NCBI GenBank assembly: GCA_038327925.1
Contig: JBBQLM010000020.1
Span: 9,569-73,568, forward strand
Reading direction: 5' to 3'
Origin: Burkholderiales bacterium
GTDB lineage: Bacteria > Pseudomonadota > Gammaproteobacteria > Burkholderiales > Burkholderiaceae_C
DNA: 64,000 bases
The translations under genes and the position numbers were made by a program. The notes under the pieces were generated by a model, which ran no database searches, had not been told where the DNA came from, and worked only from the letters and a program-made list of their open reading frames with translations. Within the stretch, counting starts at the first letter, position 1; every line of letters begins with the position of its first letter. Positions 44,183 to 52,043 of the stretch are shown piece after piece.

Positions 44183-45981
44183 TGATGGACCGCGCCATCC
44201 ATCTGCTGTATGTGCCCACGCTGTGCTGCAACCTGAGCTGCAGCTACTGCTACCTGGGCAAGCAGACGACCGAGGCCGCACTCAAGACCGACGCAGGGCG
44301 CGCCGTGCAGACGCTGCGCCACACGCTGGACGCGCTCCAGGCGGCGGGCGTGCTGGCCTTCAACGTCTCGCTGCACGGCGGCGAGGTGACGACACTGCCG
44401 CCGCCCGTGCTGGACGAGCTGTTCGGAATGATCCGCGCCCACTACCTGCAGCACTTCGACGCGCTCAACGCACTGGGCCACAAGAAGTCGGCGCCGCACA
44501 TCAAGACCAACCTGTTCAAGTTCGCACCGTTCTACGAGCTGTTTGACCGGCACAAGGTGTCGATCAGCGCCAGCATCGACCTGCCGCTGTCCCTGCACGC
44601 GCGCCACCGCACCACGCGCGGTGGCACCGACTGGTTGCCGCGCACGCTGGACAACATCCGCCTGCTGGCACGCTACCCGCATGCCAAGAAGATATCCGCC
44701 ACACTCAGCAGCGAACACCTGGCCGACATCCCGGCGCTGGTGAAGGACATCTGGTACATCCACCGCGAGCTGGGCTTTGACATGAACCAGTTCAACCTGA
44801 TGTTCGCCTTCGGCTCCGAGCTGAACCGCGCGGCCAAGGGCGAGGCAGTGCTCACGCCATGCGCACCCGCGCAGCAGCAGGCGTTGTACGACGTTCTGTC
44901 CAAGGAGTTCATGGGCACCGAACTGGAAGATGGGCTCAAACGCAACTGGTTCGACGAGTTCAAGCCCAGCTACTGCACCAACGCCCGCAACTGCGGCGAG
45001 CGCTTCTACCTGCTGCAAAGCGATGGCGCCGTCTACTCCTGCGTGCGCGGCCAGGGCATGGAGGCCTTTCGCTATGGCAATGTGTTCGACGACCCCATCC
45101 TGGATATTCTGGACAACGGCGCACGCAAGATCCGCCAGATCCACCAGGCGCAGGGCTTTGACTCCGACTGCCAAGCCTGTGACCACTTGAGCACCTGCAA
45201 CACCGGCTGTGCCGTCGTCAAGGTCCAGAACCAGAGCGGCAAGTCCTACACCTGCGGTTTGCAAAAGACCATCTACCGCGACAACCCGCTGTCCTACCCT
45301 GCCGATACACCCGCCGCGCGGCGCGAATATGCCCTGCACTACCAGCAGACCACGCACCCCAGCCTGGCCTTTGCGCAGCCGCCGGTGGCGCCGGACCAGC
45401 CACAGTTCATGCTGCCCAACGACATCGCCGAGCCCAAGAACACCCTGGGCGCGCTGATCGCCGCCGACCCGGTGCTGCAGGCGCTGTTCAGCGACAACGC
45501 CTTTGTGCTGGAGCTGCGCGGTGAGCTGCTGGCGCTGGACTCGCAACTCTTCAAGCAGCGGCGCACCCTGCATACGCTGGTAAACGGTGACCCACTGGTG
45601 CTGCACCTGCGCCGCGATGTGCTGCAGGCCAATTGCCCGGAAGCCATTCGCAACACGCTGTACCTGCAGCTGTTGCGTGACACGCCGGTGGTTTACGGCG
45701 ACGAGCAGCGCACCAAGCAGGAGCACATCTTCACCTACCAGCTCTACGCCAACTGCCTGGAGTCCAGCACCCGGCTGGGGGACGATTACCTGCAGTGCGA
45801 CCTGACCGGCCTGCTGGCGCTGCACCGCGCGCACTTCCAGCGTGGCGTACTCAACAACCTGTTTGTGACCACGCTGTTCCTGCGTGAGTACCACTACAGC
45901 AAGCAAAAGGCCAACGCCTTCTACCATGTGCAAACGGCCAACCTGCCGTTTCAGAACTTCGAGTTCCACTACCTGCCATGA
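44182..45981 (+). CDS. Radical SAM / SPASM-domain enzyme with unrecognised ~200-aa C-terminal extension
   Basis: Start at ATG 44182 within ORF 43933..45981. CX3CX2C motif (C16-NLS-C20-SY-C23 in MMDRAIHLLYVPTLCCNLSCSYCYLG). Cys-rich SPASM-like region (SYCTNARNCGERFYLLQSDGAVYSCVRG...DSDCQACDHLSTCNTGCAVV...SYTCG). Confidence 0.85.
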   Translation: MMDRAIHLLYVPTLCCNLSCSYCYLGKQTTEAALKTDAGRAVQTLRHTLDALQAAGVLAFNVSLHGGEVTTLPPPVLDELFGMIRAHYLQHFDALNALGHKKSAPHIKTNLFKFAPFYELFDRHKVSISASIDLPLSLHARHRTTRGGTDWLPRTLDNIRLLARYPHAKKISATLSSEHLADIPALVKDIWYIHRELGFDMNQFNLMFAFGSELNRAAKGEAVLTPCAPAQQQALYDVLSKEFMGTELEDGLKRNWFDEFKPSYCTNARNCGERFYLLQSDGAVYSCVRGQGMEAFRYGNVFDDPILDILDNGARKIRQIHQAQGFDSDCQACDHLSTCNTGCAVVKVQNQSGKSYTCGLQKTIYRDNPLSYPADTPAARREYALHYQQTTHPSLAFAQPPVAPDQPQFMLPNDIAEPKNTLGALIAADPVLQALFSDNAFVLELRGELLALDSQLFKQRRTLHTLVNGDPLVLHLRRDVLQANCPEAIRNTLYLQLLRDTPVVYGDEQRTKQEHIFTYQLYANCLESSTRLGDDYLQCDLTGLLALHRAHFQRGVLNNLFVTTLFLREYHYSKQKANAFYHVQTANLPFQNFEFHYLP

Positions 45982-46412
45982 AACCCCAAGACCTGCAACG
46001 CACCGCCTACACCGTGGAATGTTTCCTGAACGCCCTGCGTCTGGAGGACGGCAACGACCGCACCGAGGTGGAAGAGGCGCTGGTGCGCTGGCTGCTGGAC
46101 GACGCCCGCCGCAAGGACGACCACCTGATCTACCAGGACCAGACCGTTTCCTGCTACAGCCGGGGCCACGTCACCCAAAATTTTGCCGTGCCGCTGGCGC
46201 GCCAGAAGCAAACCATCTGGTGCAACGCCGACAAGCTGTCCACCATCGACGGCGCCGCGTTCAAGGACCAGGGCAAACTGGTCATGCTCGGCACCGCCGG
46301 CCTGCTGCTGGGCATGCCCGGCCTGGTAGCGGCCCAGCAGGATCGCAAGGACCGACAACGCAGCAGTAATAACAACAATAACAATAACAACAACAATAAC
46401 AACAACGGGTAG
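45978..46412 (+). CDS. Hypothetical protein with C-terminal hydrophobic segment and N13 tail
   Basis: ATGA start/stop overlap with the rSAM gene. 144 aa, ending ...LVMLGTAGLLLGMPGLVAAQQDRKDRQRSS-N13-G. No family recognised. Confidence 0.65.
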   Translation: MKPQDLQRTAYTVECFLNALRLEDGNDRTEVEEALVRWLLDDARRKDDHLIYQDQTVSCYSRGHVTQNFAVPLARQKQTIWCNADKLSTIDGAAFKDQGKLVMLGTAGLLLGMPGLVAAQQDRKDRQRSSNNNNNNNNNNNNNG

Positions 46413-46455
46413 CCCCACACGCTGGACATGGCCCCATGCGTGTGCGATGCGATAG

Positions 46456-47589
46456 CTAGCTTGCAGCAACTACGGTGTTGCGGCCCTGCTGTTTGGCCTG
46501 GTACAGCGCACCATCGACCCGCCGGAACCATTCAGCGTGGTTTTCCGCCGGCTTGAGCTCGGCAACGGCGAAGGATGCAGGCAGCAACACGGTGTTTGCA
46601 CCGTCCGCAATGGAGGTTGTGGCCAGCGTCTGGCGCAAGCGCTCGGCCAATTGCAGCGCCGCCGCCATCTCCGTCATGGGCAACAGGACCAGAAATTCCT
46701 CACCCCCCACACGTCCCAACAGGTCGCCATCCCTCAACTGCGCACCCACTGCCCGAACCGCCTCGCGCAAAGCGCGGTCCCCCGCGGGGTGGCCGTAGGT
46801 GTCGTTGATGGCTTTGAAGTGGTCCAGATCGAACATGATCAGGGAGGCACTGGTCCCGTGCCGCAGGCGTGTTGACACCAGGGTTTCCATTTGCTCCAGG
46901 GTGTGACGTCGGCTGTAGGCCCCGGTGAGCTGGTCGTGAATGACCAGGTCATTGAGCCGCTCGACCAGCGCCGCGTTGCGCGCATGATGCTCGGCATCCC
47001 GCAGGACCACCAACCCCAACGAACGCGTATAAGCCAGCTGAACGGCCAGCCCCGCCACCAAGCCCACCACCATGATGTTCGTCAATGGGCCGGCGAACTG
47101 CACAACGTGCAGCAGCGGAACCAGGTACATGCCGGCAAAGAACAATAGTGCGGCCTTGGCGTATGAGGACATGGTCACCATGCTGACGCCGGCCACGCCC
47201 ACCAGAATCGTCATCGTGGCCAGGTAGGACAGGACATCCCCTTCGCGCCAGACAAACCACACCGCGGAACCCCAGACCATGCCGCACAGGCCCGCCAGGA
47301 CAAAGTGGGTGTTCTTGCATGCCTGGCTGTCACCGTGGCTCTCCAGCGCCTTGCGACAGCGCATGCCGACCAGGAAAATGGCAGCCTCGCCGGCCGTGAT
47401 CAGCAGGGCCCAGGTTAAGGCAGGCGTCAGTCCGGCAGAGACCCACAAGACCCAGGACAACAACGCAATGCCGGCAAAGGCACTGAGCGCCCCCGTCATC
47501 GCGCGTTCATTGAAAACCCGCAGGCGTTCCGACGAAACCGCCAGGGCGATGGCCCCTTCATTCAATTCGTGGTGCGAACAGCTCTGCAT
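46456..47589 (-). CDS. Diguanylate cyclase (GGDEF) with N-terminal multi-TM sensor
   Basis: 377 aa with ~6 hydrophobic segments followed by a GGDEF domain (...YSRRHTLEQM..., RVGGEEFLVLL). Confidence 0.85.
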   Translation of the reverse strand: MQSCSHHELNEGAIALAVSSERLRVFNERAMTGALSAFAGIALLSWVLWVSAGLTPALTWALLITAGEAAIFLVGMRCRKALESHGDSQACKNTHFVLAGLCGMVWGSAVWFVWREGDVLSYLATMTILVGVAGVSMVTMSSYAKAALLFFAGMYLVPLLHVVQFAGPLTNIMVVGLVAGLAVQLAYTRSLGLVVLRDAEHHARNAALVERLNDLVIHDQLTGAYSRRHTLEQMETLVSTRLRHGTSASLIMFDLDHFKAINDTYGHPAGDRALREAVRAVGAQLRDGDLLGRVGGEEFLVLLPMTEMAAALQLAERLRQTLATTSIADGANTVLLPASFAVAELKPAENHAEWFRRVDGALYQAKQQGRNTVVAAS

Positions 47590-47688
47590 ACATCATGGAG
47601 TCCGCCACTAGCGAACCCTCTATGTCATTGTAGGCATCCCGGCCGGCGAAACCAAGCGGATAGGGTCGCCGCCGTTACCATAGCCACC

Positions 47689-48429
47689 ATGCAACCCAAA
47701 CCGCGCATCCTCCTGGTGGAAGACGAGTCCGGCATCGCCGACACGCTGCAGTACGTGCTGTCCACCGATGGCTTTGCGCCAGTGTGGTGCAGCACTGCCG
47801 CCGAGGCGCTGGTGCAGTTTGCCGCGGAACCGCCGGCCCTGGCGGTGCTGGATGTGGGCCTGCCCGATCTCAATGGGTTCGAGCTCTTTCGCCGTCTGCA
47901 GGCCCTGCCCGGCGGGCATCTGGTGCCGATGATTTTCCTGACGGCGCGCAGCGATGAGATCGACCGTGTGGTGGGCCTGGAGCTGGGCGCCGACGACTAC
48001 ATCGCCAAGCCGTTTTCGCCGCGCGAACTGGTGGCGCGGGTGCGCACCATCCTGCGCCGCAGTGCACGCCCGCTGGGTGGGCCCGTAGCGGCGGCGCCCG
48101 TTGCACCGGCGCCGCCCCCACCGGCTACGCCACCCGCCATCTGGCAGCTCGACGAAGAACGCCACCTGATCCGCTACCACGGCCGCGCGCTGGATCTGTC
48201 CCGCTACGAATACGGCGTGCTGCGCCTTTTGGTGCAGCGCCCCGGCAAGGTGTTCACGCGCGACGAGCTGCTGCTCAAGGTCTGGGGCGATGACAACGCC
48301 AGTTTTGACCGCACGGTGGACGCCCACATCAAGACCCTGCGCGCCAAGCTCAAGGCCGTGGCGCCCAACCATGAGCCCATCCGCACCCTGCGCGGCACCG
48401 GCTACGCGCTCAACGAAAACCTGACTTGA
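47689..48429 (+). CDS. creB: OmpR-family response regulator CreB
   Basis: Start moved to ATG 47689 (MQPKPRILLVEDESGIADTLQYVL...). Collinear with my recollection of E. coli CreB (LDVGLPD..GFEL.R.L...P..FLTARS.E.DR..GLE.GADDY.AKPFSPRE...RVRT.LRR; DRTVD.HIKTLRAKL). Confidence 0.85.
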   Translation: MQPKPRILLVEDESGIADTLQYVLSTDGFAPVWCSTAAEALVQFAAEPPALAVLDVGLPDLNGFELFRRLQALPGGHLVPMIFLTARSDEIDRVVGLELGADDYIAKPFSPRELVARVRTILRRSARPLGGPVAAAPVAPAPPPPATPPAIWQLDEERHLIRYHGRALDLSRYEYGVLRLLVQRPGKVFTRDELLLKVWGDDNASFDRTVDAHIKTLRAKLKAVAPNHEPIRTLRGTGYALNENLT

Positions 48430-49913
48430 GCAAGCGCACCCGCATCTTCCTGGGCATCCTGCTGATCTACGCGATCGGCATTGCCGCCGTGCTCTACCTG
48501 GTGGTGACGGACATCGACCCGCGCTACCGCGAGTCGGCCGAGGAATCGCTGGTGGAAACCTCCCAGGTGCTGGCCACCCTGGTGGAGCTGGATGTGCAGG
48601 GCGGCGTGATCGACACCGCGCGGCTGGACACGCTGTTCAAGGCCGTCTACGCCCGCAGCTTCGAGGCCCAGATCTTCAGCGTCAACAAGACCAAGGTCGA
48701 GCTGCGCGCCTACGTCACCGACCGGCGCGGCACCGTGGTTTACGACTCGACCGGTCAGTCGGTGGGCAAGGACTTCTCGCAGTGGCGCGACGTGCGCATG
48801 ACCCTGCGCGGCGAGTACGGCGCACGCACCTCGCTGGACATCCCCGGCGACCCCGACTCCGCCGTGATGTACATGGCCGCGCCGGTGCGCTGGACCGACA
48901 ACACCCAGGGGCCCGGCACGGGCGAGATCATCGGCGCCGTCACCGTGGGCAAGCCGGTGCAAACCTTTGGCCAGTTCGTGGCCGCCGCGCGCAGCCGCAC
49001 GCTGTACGTGGGCCTGCTGTCGGTGGTGGCGGTGCTGGTGCTGGCCGTCACCGTGTCGGTGTGGCTGGTGCGGCCGTTCGGGTTGATCGGCGACTACGCG
49101 CGCTACGTCAAGGCCCAGCCCGGCTTCTACCCCATGCGCCTGCTACGCCGCGCGCTGGCCCTGCTGCGCGCCGCCTACGACGAGATGCGCGACGCCCTGG
49201 CCGGGCGCAACTACGTGGCCGACTATGTGCAGACCCTCACGCACGAGGTCAAGAGCCCGCTGTCGGCCATCCGCGGCGCCGCGGAGCTCTTGCAGGAGCC
49301 CATGGAAGAGGCGCAGCGCCAGCGCTTTCTGGGCAACATCCAGCGCGAGACCCAACGCATCCAGGAAATGGTGGACCGCATGCTGGAACTCACCGCGCTG
49401 GAAACGCGCCGCGTGCTCGACAGCACCCAGCCCGTGGCTCTGGCGCCGCTGCTGGAGGAACTGGCGCACGCCGCGCAGGGCGTGGCCACGCAGCGGCGCA
49501 TCACCCTGACGGTGACCACCGACACCGACGCCACGGTGGAGGCCGACCCCTTCCTGCTGCGCCGCGCCGTGAGCAACCTGCTGGACAATGCGCTGGACTT
49601 TTCGCCCGAGGGCGGCCAGGTGGCACTGGGCCTGAGCCTGCAGGGGCGCTGGGCCTGCATCACCGTCTGCGACCTGGGCCCCGGCATTCCTGCGTACGCA
49701 CAGGACAAGGTGTTCGAGAAGTTCTACTCCCTGGCACGGCCGCACTCGCGCAAGAAGAGCACGGGACTGGGATTGAGCTTTGTAAAGGAGATTGCCACCT
49801 TGCATCGTGGGCGGGTGGAACTGCGCAACCGCTCCGATGTAACTGGTGCGGCCCACGCCAGCGCCGGAGCTGTGGCCAGTCTGTGGCTGCCGTGTGGGCC
49901 GCGTGTGCACTGA
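48426..49913 (+). CDS. creC: Sensor histidine kinase CreC
   Basis: TTG start overlaps the creB stop. ...SQWRDVRMTLRGEYGARTSLDIPGDPDSAVMYMAAPV... and ...YVQTLTHEVKSPLSAIRGAAELL... match my recollection of E. coli CreC. Confidence 0.85.
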   Translation: MSKRTRIFLGILLIYAIGIAAVLYLVVTDIDPRYRESAEESLVETSQVLATLVELDVQGGVIDTARLDTLFKAVYARSFEAQIFSVNKTKVELRAYVTDRRGTVVYDSTGQSVGKDFSQWRDVRMTLRGEYGARTSLDIPGDPDSAVMYMAAPVRWTDNTQGPGTGEIIGAVTVGKPVQTFGQFVAAARSRTLYVGLLSVVAVLVLAVTVSVWLVRPFGLIGDYARYVKAQPGFYPMRLLRRALALLRAAYDEMRDALAGRNYVADYVQTLTHEVKSPLSAIRGAAELLQEPMEEAQRQRFLGNIQRETQRIQEMVDRMLELTALETRRVLDSTQPVALAPLLEELAHAAQGVATQRRITLTVTTDTDATVEADPFLLRRAVSNLLDNALDFSPEGGQVALGLSLQGRWACITVCDLGPGIPAYAQDKVFEKFYSLARPHSRKKSTGLGLSFVKEIATLHRGRVELRNRSDVTGAAHASAGAVASLWLPCGPRVH

Positions 49914-49928
49914 TCGCCAGGGTTCCTG

Positions 49929-49941
49929 GCAATTGAAGTCG
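49929..49941 (+). repeat. Left 13-bp terminal inverted repeat flanking low-G+C islet
   Basis: GCAATTGAAGTCG is the exact reverse complement of 51888..51900 (CGACTTCAATTGC). Confidence 0.6.
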
Positions 49942-49966
49942 AAGGCAGGGACCTAGTGATCAAGCG

Positions 49967-49990
49967 GGCTTTGCGGTGTGACGCAAAGCC
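49967..49990. terminator. Hairpin downstream of creC
   Basis: Stem GGCTTTGCG (49967-49975) / CGCAAAGCC (49982-49990) with a 6-nt loop. No U-tract. Confidence 0.3.
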
Positions 49991-50126
49991 GACAGCCAAT
50001 CAATATCTAAAACACTATTACCGCCACCAGTCACTGATATATCCCTTTTTGTAAAACTCGATTGATTTCACCTGCTTGCGCGAAAAGTCCACATTGACTG
50101 ATGAATTGATTGGCTGAAATCCGGCA

Positions 50127-50672
50127 TCAATCTTTACCAGTCCATTCTGGCAATTCTTCACCGGCCATGTCCGCCACTTTTCGATTGAAGTCGTCCCGCT
50201 CCTTGAGCTTTGCACAAATGAACTCTACGGCCTCGTCATCTCTAAAGATCACTAGGTGGTCACGTAACTTGGCGCGATTTCCAAGAATCCCGCCCGGTTG
50301 TGCTTTGGATCCACCATCGTTTGTTATGAGTGTGGCGCCATACTTGGCTGCTTCATAAACGACTTTGACATCGTTCTTCATATTTTGGGTCTGTGCGCCG
50401 CGAGGAAAAAGTGCACTCTCGATCTTGTTATAGAGTGGATCGCCTTCGGAAATGTCTTCATCAGTGAGGGTGAATATTTGAGCCAACGTCTTCTTGGTTC
50501 GGGCCCGATCATTTCCAACCAGTGCTTCTTTGAAGCTGACTCCCGACATGTTCACCTGAATGACTTCATCCGCTGCCCATTTCTCGATTCGATTCATGGA
50601 GGCGAGTTTGCCGCGCCCGTTAATGACGTTTGTGTCGATATGGAACACCGTGTAAAGCATTCGGCGCTGCAT
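50127..50672 (-). CDS. Hypothetical protein, possibly PIN-like nuclease fold (low-G+C islet)
   Basis: ORF 50127..50681 (TTG); ATG candidates at 50672 and 50660. N-terminus ...VFHIDTNVINGRG... and ...ATLITNDGG... are reminiscent of PIN acidic motifs. This is weak and not verified. Confidence 0.5.
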   Translation of the reverse strand: MQRRMLYTVFHIDTNVINGRGKLASMNRIEKWAADEVIQVNMSGVSFKEALVGNDRARTKKTLAQIFTLTDEDISEGDPLYNKIESALFPRGAQTQNMKNDVKVVYEAAKYGATLITNDGGSKAQPGGILGNRAKLRDHLVIFRDDEAVEFICAKLKERDDFNRKVADMAGEELPEWTGKD

Positions 50673-50750
50673 TTTGATCAACTAAGTGCTTCCTGATATG
50701 TTCAACGCAAGAATTGAAATTTGTTGGTGCTGCAGCCCAACTGCCGCACA

Positions 50751-51101
50751 CTAACCTGCAAGCGTTGCGGAATCGATGACCCACCTTTCGACAGGAGGGA
50801 TTTCATGCATCGGCACGTAGTGCGCCGGGTCGAATTGTGCTAATCGCAGTGTAAGAAATGCACGAATTCTTCGACCTGCGCCGCTTTGATTGGCCACCGA
50901 CGCGCTTTTGAAGTCCGACAACGCGTCATGCGTTACGCAAATTTCAATAGTTTTTGAATTCTTACTCGGCCGTTCGGGATCATCTTGGAGTGCCCAATCG
51001 ACACGGAGAATCAGTTCACGAGCACTTGGCACTCGCCGAACGTCTGCGTTCGCAGGCATCGTCTCTGCAACAATTTGAATGAACTGACCTTCAAAGGACA
51101 T
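50751..51101 (-). CDS. Hypothetical protein (low-G+C islet)
   Basis: 116-aa ORF with codon usage matching its AT-richer neighbours. No family recognised. Confidence 0.45.
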   Translation of the reverse strand: MSFEGQFIQIVAETMPANADVRRVPSARELILRVDWALQDDPERPSKNSKTIEICVTHDALSDFKSASVANQSGAGRRIRAFLTLRLAQFDPAHYVPMHEIPPVERWVIDSATLAG

Positions 51102-51151
51102 GAGGCCCCCTGCCTGTGAGTAACGAATTTATCAACTGAGCGACTTCTGGC

Positions 51152-51772
51152 TCATTGTTTTTCATCCCTATCAGTAACGCCAACTGGTAGAGGATAAGAC
51201 GGGTCGTAGATACCAAAAATCTCTACCTTATCCGTGCTTAATCCAAAGAAAATTTGAGAATCCGGAAACGCATAGAGTCTTGTCAGTCCATCCTTGGACG
51301 ACGTGATCAAAGCACTATCTCCGAATCGATCAGTTATTTGCTTGGACGTGTCGCCAAATCGGATACCTTGCAGTTCACGATACGGCGAGTCACTCTGCAC
51401 CCCATACAAAATAACCCCTCGGACTTTTTCATTTTTAAACCTCACCGATGCAAGAGCAGATTCACTGAGCTTGTAGATATACGAAAGCCCGGTTTCTGGA
51501 TTTCTTTCTTCGGTTGGCAGACCCTTTTTGAAGCGTACATCTTGTAGGGGATCGCCTAACTTGACGCCCCATAGTTCAGATTGTTTGAATGGTCTTTCTG
51601 AATACCACGTCCATGCCCACTCCGATAGCCAACCGATTGCGATAGCGCAAACAGCGACAGCAAGTCCCCGCATGGCAACTGTGCGCCAGTTCCATCTATC
51701 TTTTGCAGCAACGAAAAGTGCAACCATCGCGATGATGGCCCCTCCCGCAAATAATCCGGTCCCAATGTTCAT
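51152..51772 (-). CDS. Hypothetical membrane protein (2 TM + soluble domain; low-G+C islet)
   Basis: 206 aa with TM segments LFAGGAIIAMVALFVAA and GLAVAVCAIAIGWL. The C-domain has repeated G(V/I)(K/R)(L/F)GD...V/I motifs, BamE/SmpA-like at best. Confidence 0.55.
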   Translation of the reverse strand: MNIGTGLFAGGAIIAMVALFVAAKDRWNWRTVAMRGLAVAVCAIAIGWLSEWAWTWYSERPFKQSELWGVKLGDPLQDVRFKKGLPTEERNPETGLSYIYKLSESALASVRFKNEKVRGVILYGVQSDSPYRELQGIRFGDTSKQITDRFGDSALITSSKDGLTRLYAFPDSQIFFGLSTDKVEIFGIYDPSYPLPVGVTDRDEKQ

Positions 51773-51887
51773 GGCATCACCGCGTTTATGAATCTAATGG
51801 CAAGACTATAGCCCGACAGACCACGTACCCAAAAGGCCGCTATCACCCATAGGGGTCGGTTATAGGCTCGTACATGAAGCGCGCATG

Positions 51888-51900
51888 CGACTTCAATTGC
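51888..51900 (-). repeat. Right 13-bp terminal inverted repeat flanking low-G+C islet
   Basis: CGACTTCAATTGC; see 49929..49941. Confidence 0.6.
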
Positions 51901-52043
51901 GCAGAGCAATCCGCGCACCGTTACGTTCTTCACGCGGACTTCACACAAACTTCACACAGCCCCCCGCAGGCTTCCAACAGCCTTCGCCTCTCGGCGGGAT
52001 GCTTCCTCCACCGTGCAATCACGCACGCCCATCGGAGGAAACC

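Noticed and set aside
46368-46406. The Asn-codon run as a phase-variable simple sequence repeat.
   Set aside because: The tract mixes AAT and AAC irregularly, and any 3-nt slippage would stay in frame. It might vary in length but would not act as an on/off switch. It is retained as a compositional oddity in the findings.
50018-50215. A 65-aa ORF overlapping the 3' end of the PIN-like ORF in the islet.
   Set aside because: It overlaps 50127..50672 by about 90 nt on the same strand and has no start context or recognisable features. It could mark a frameshift in the longer gene, but I cannot demonstrate that from the sequence alone.
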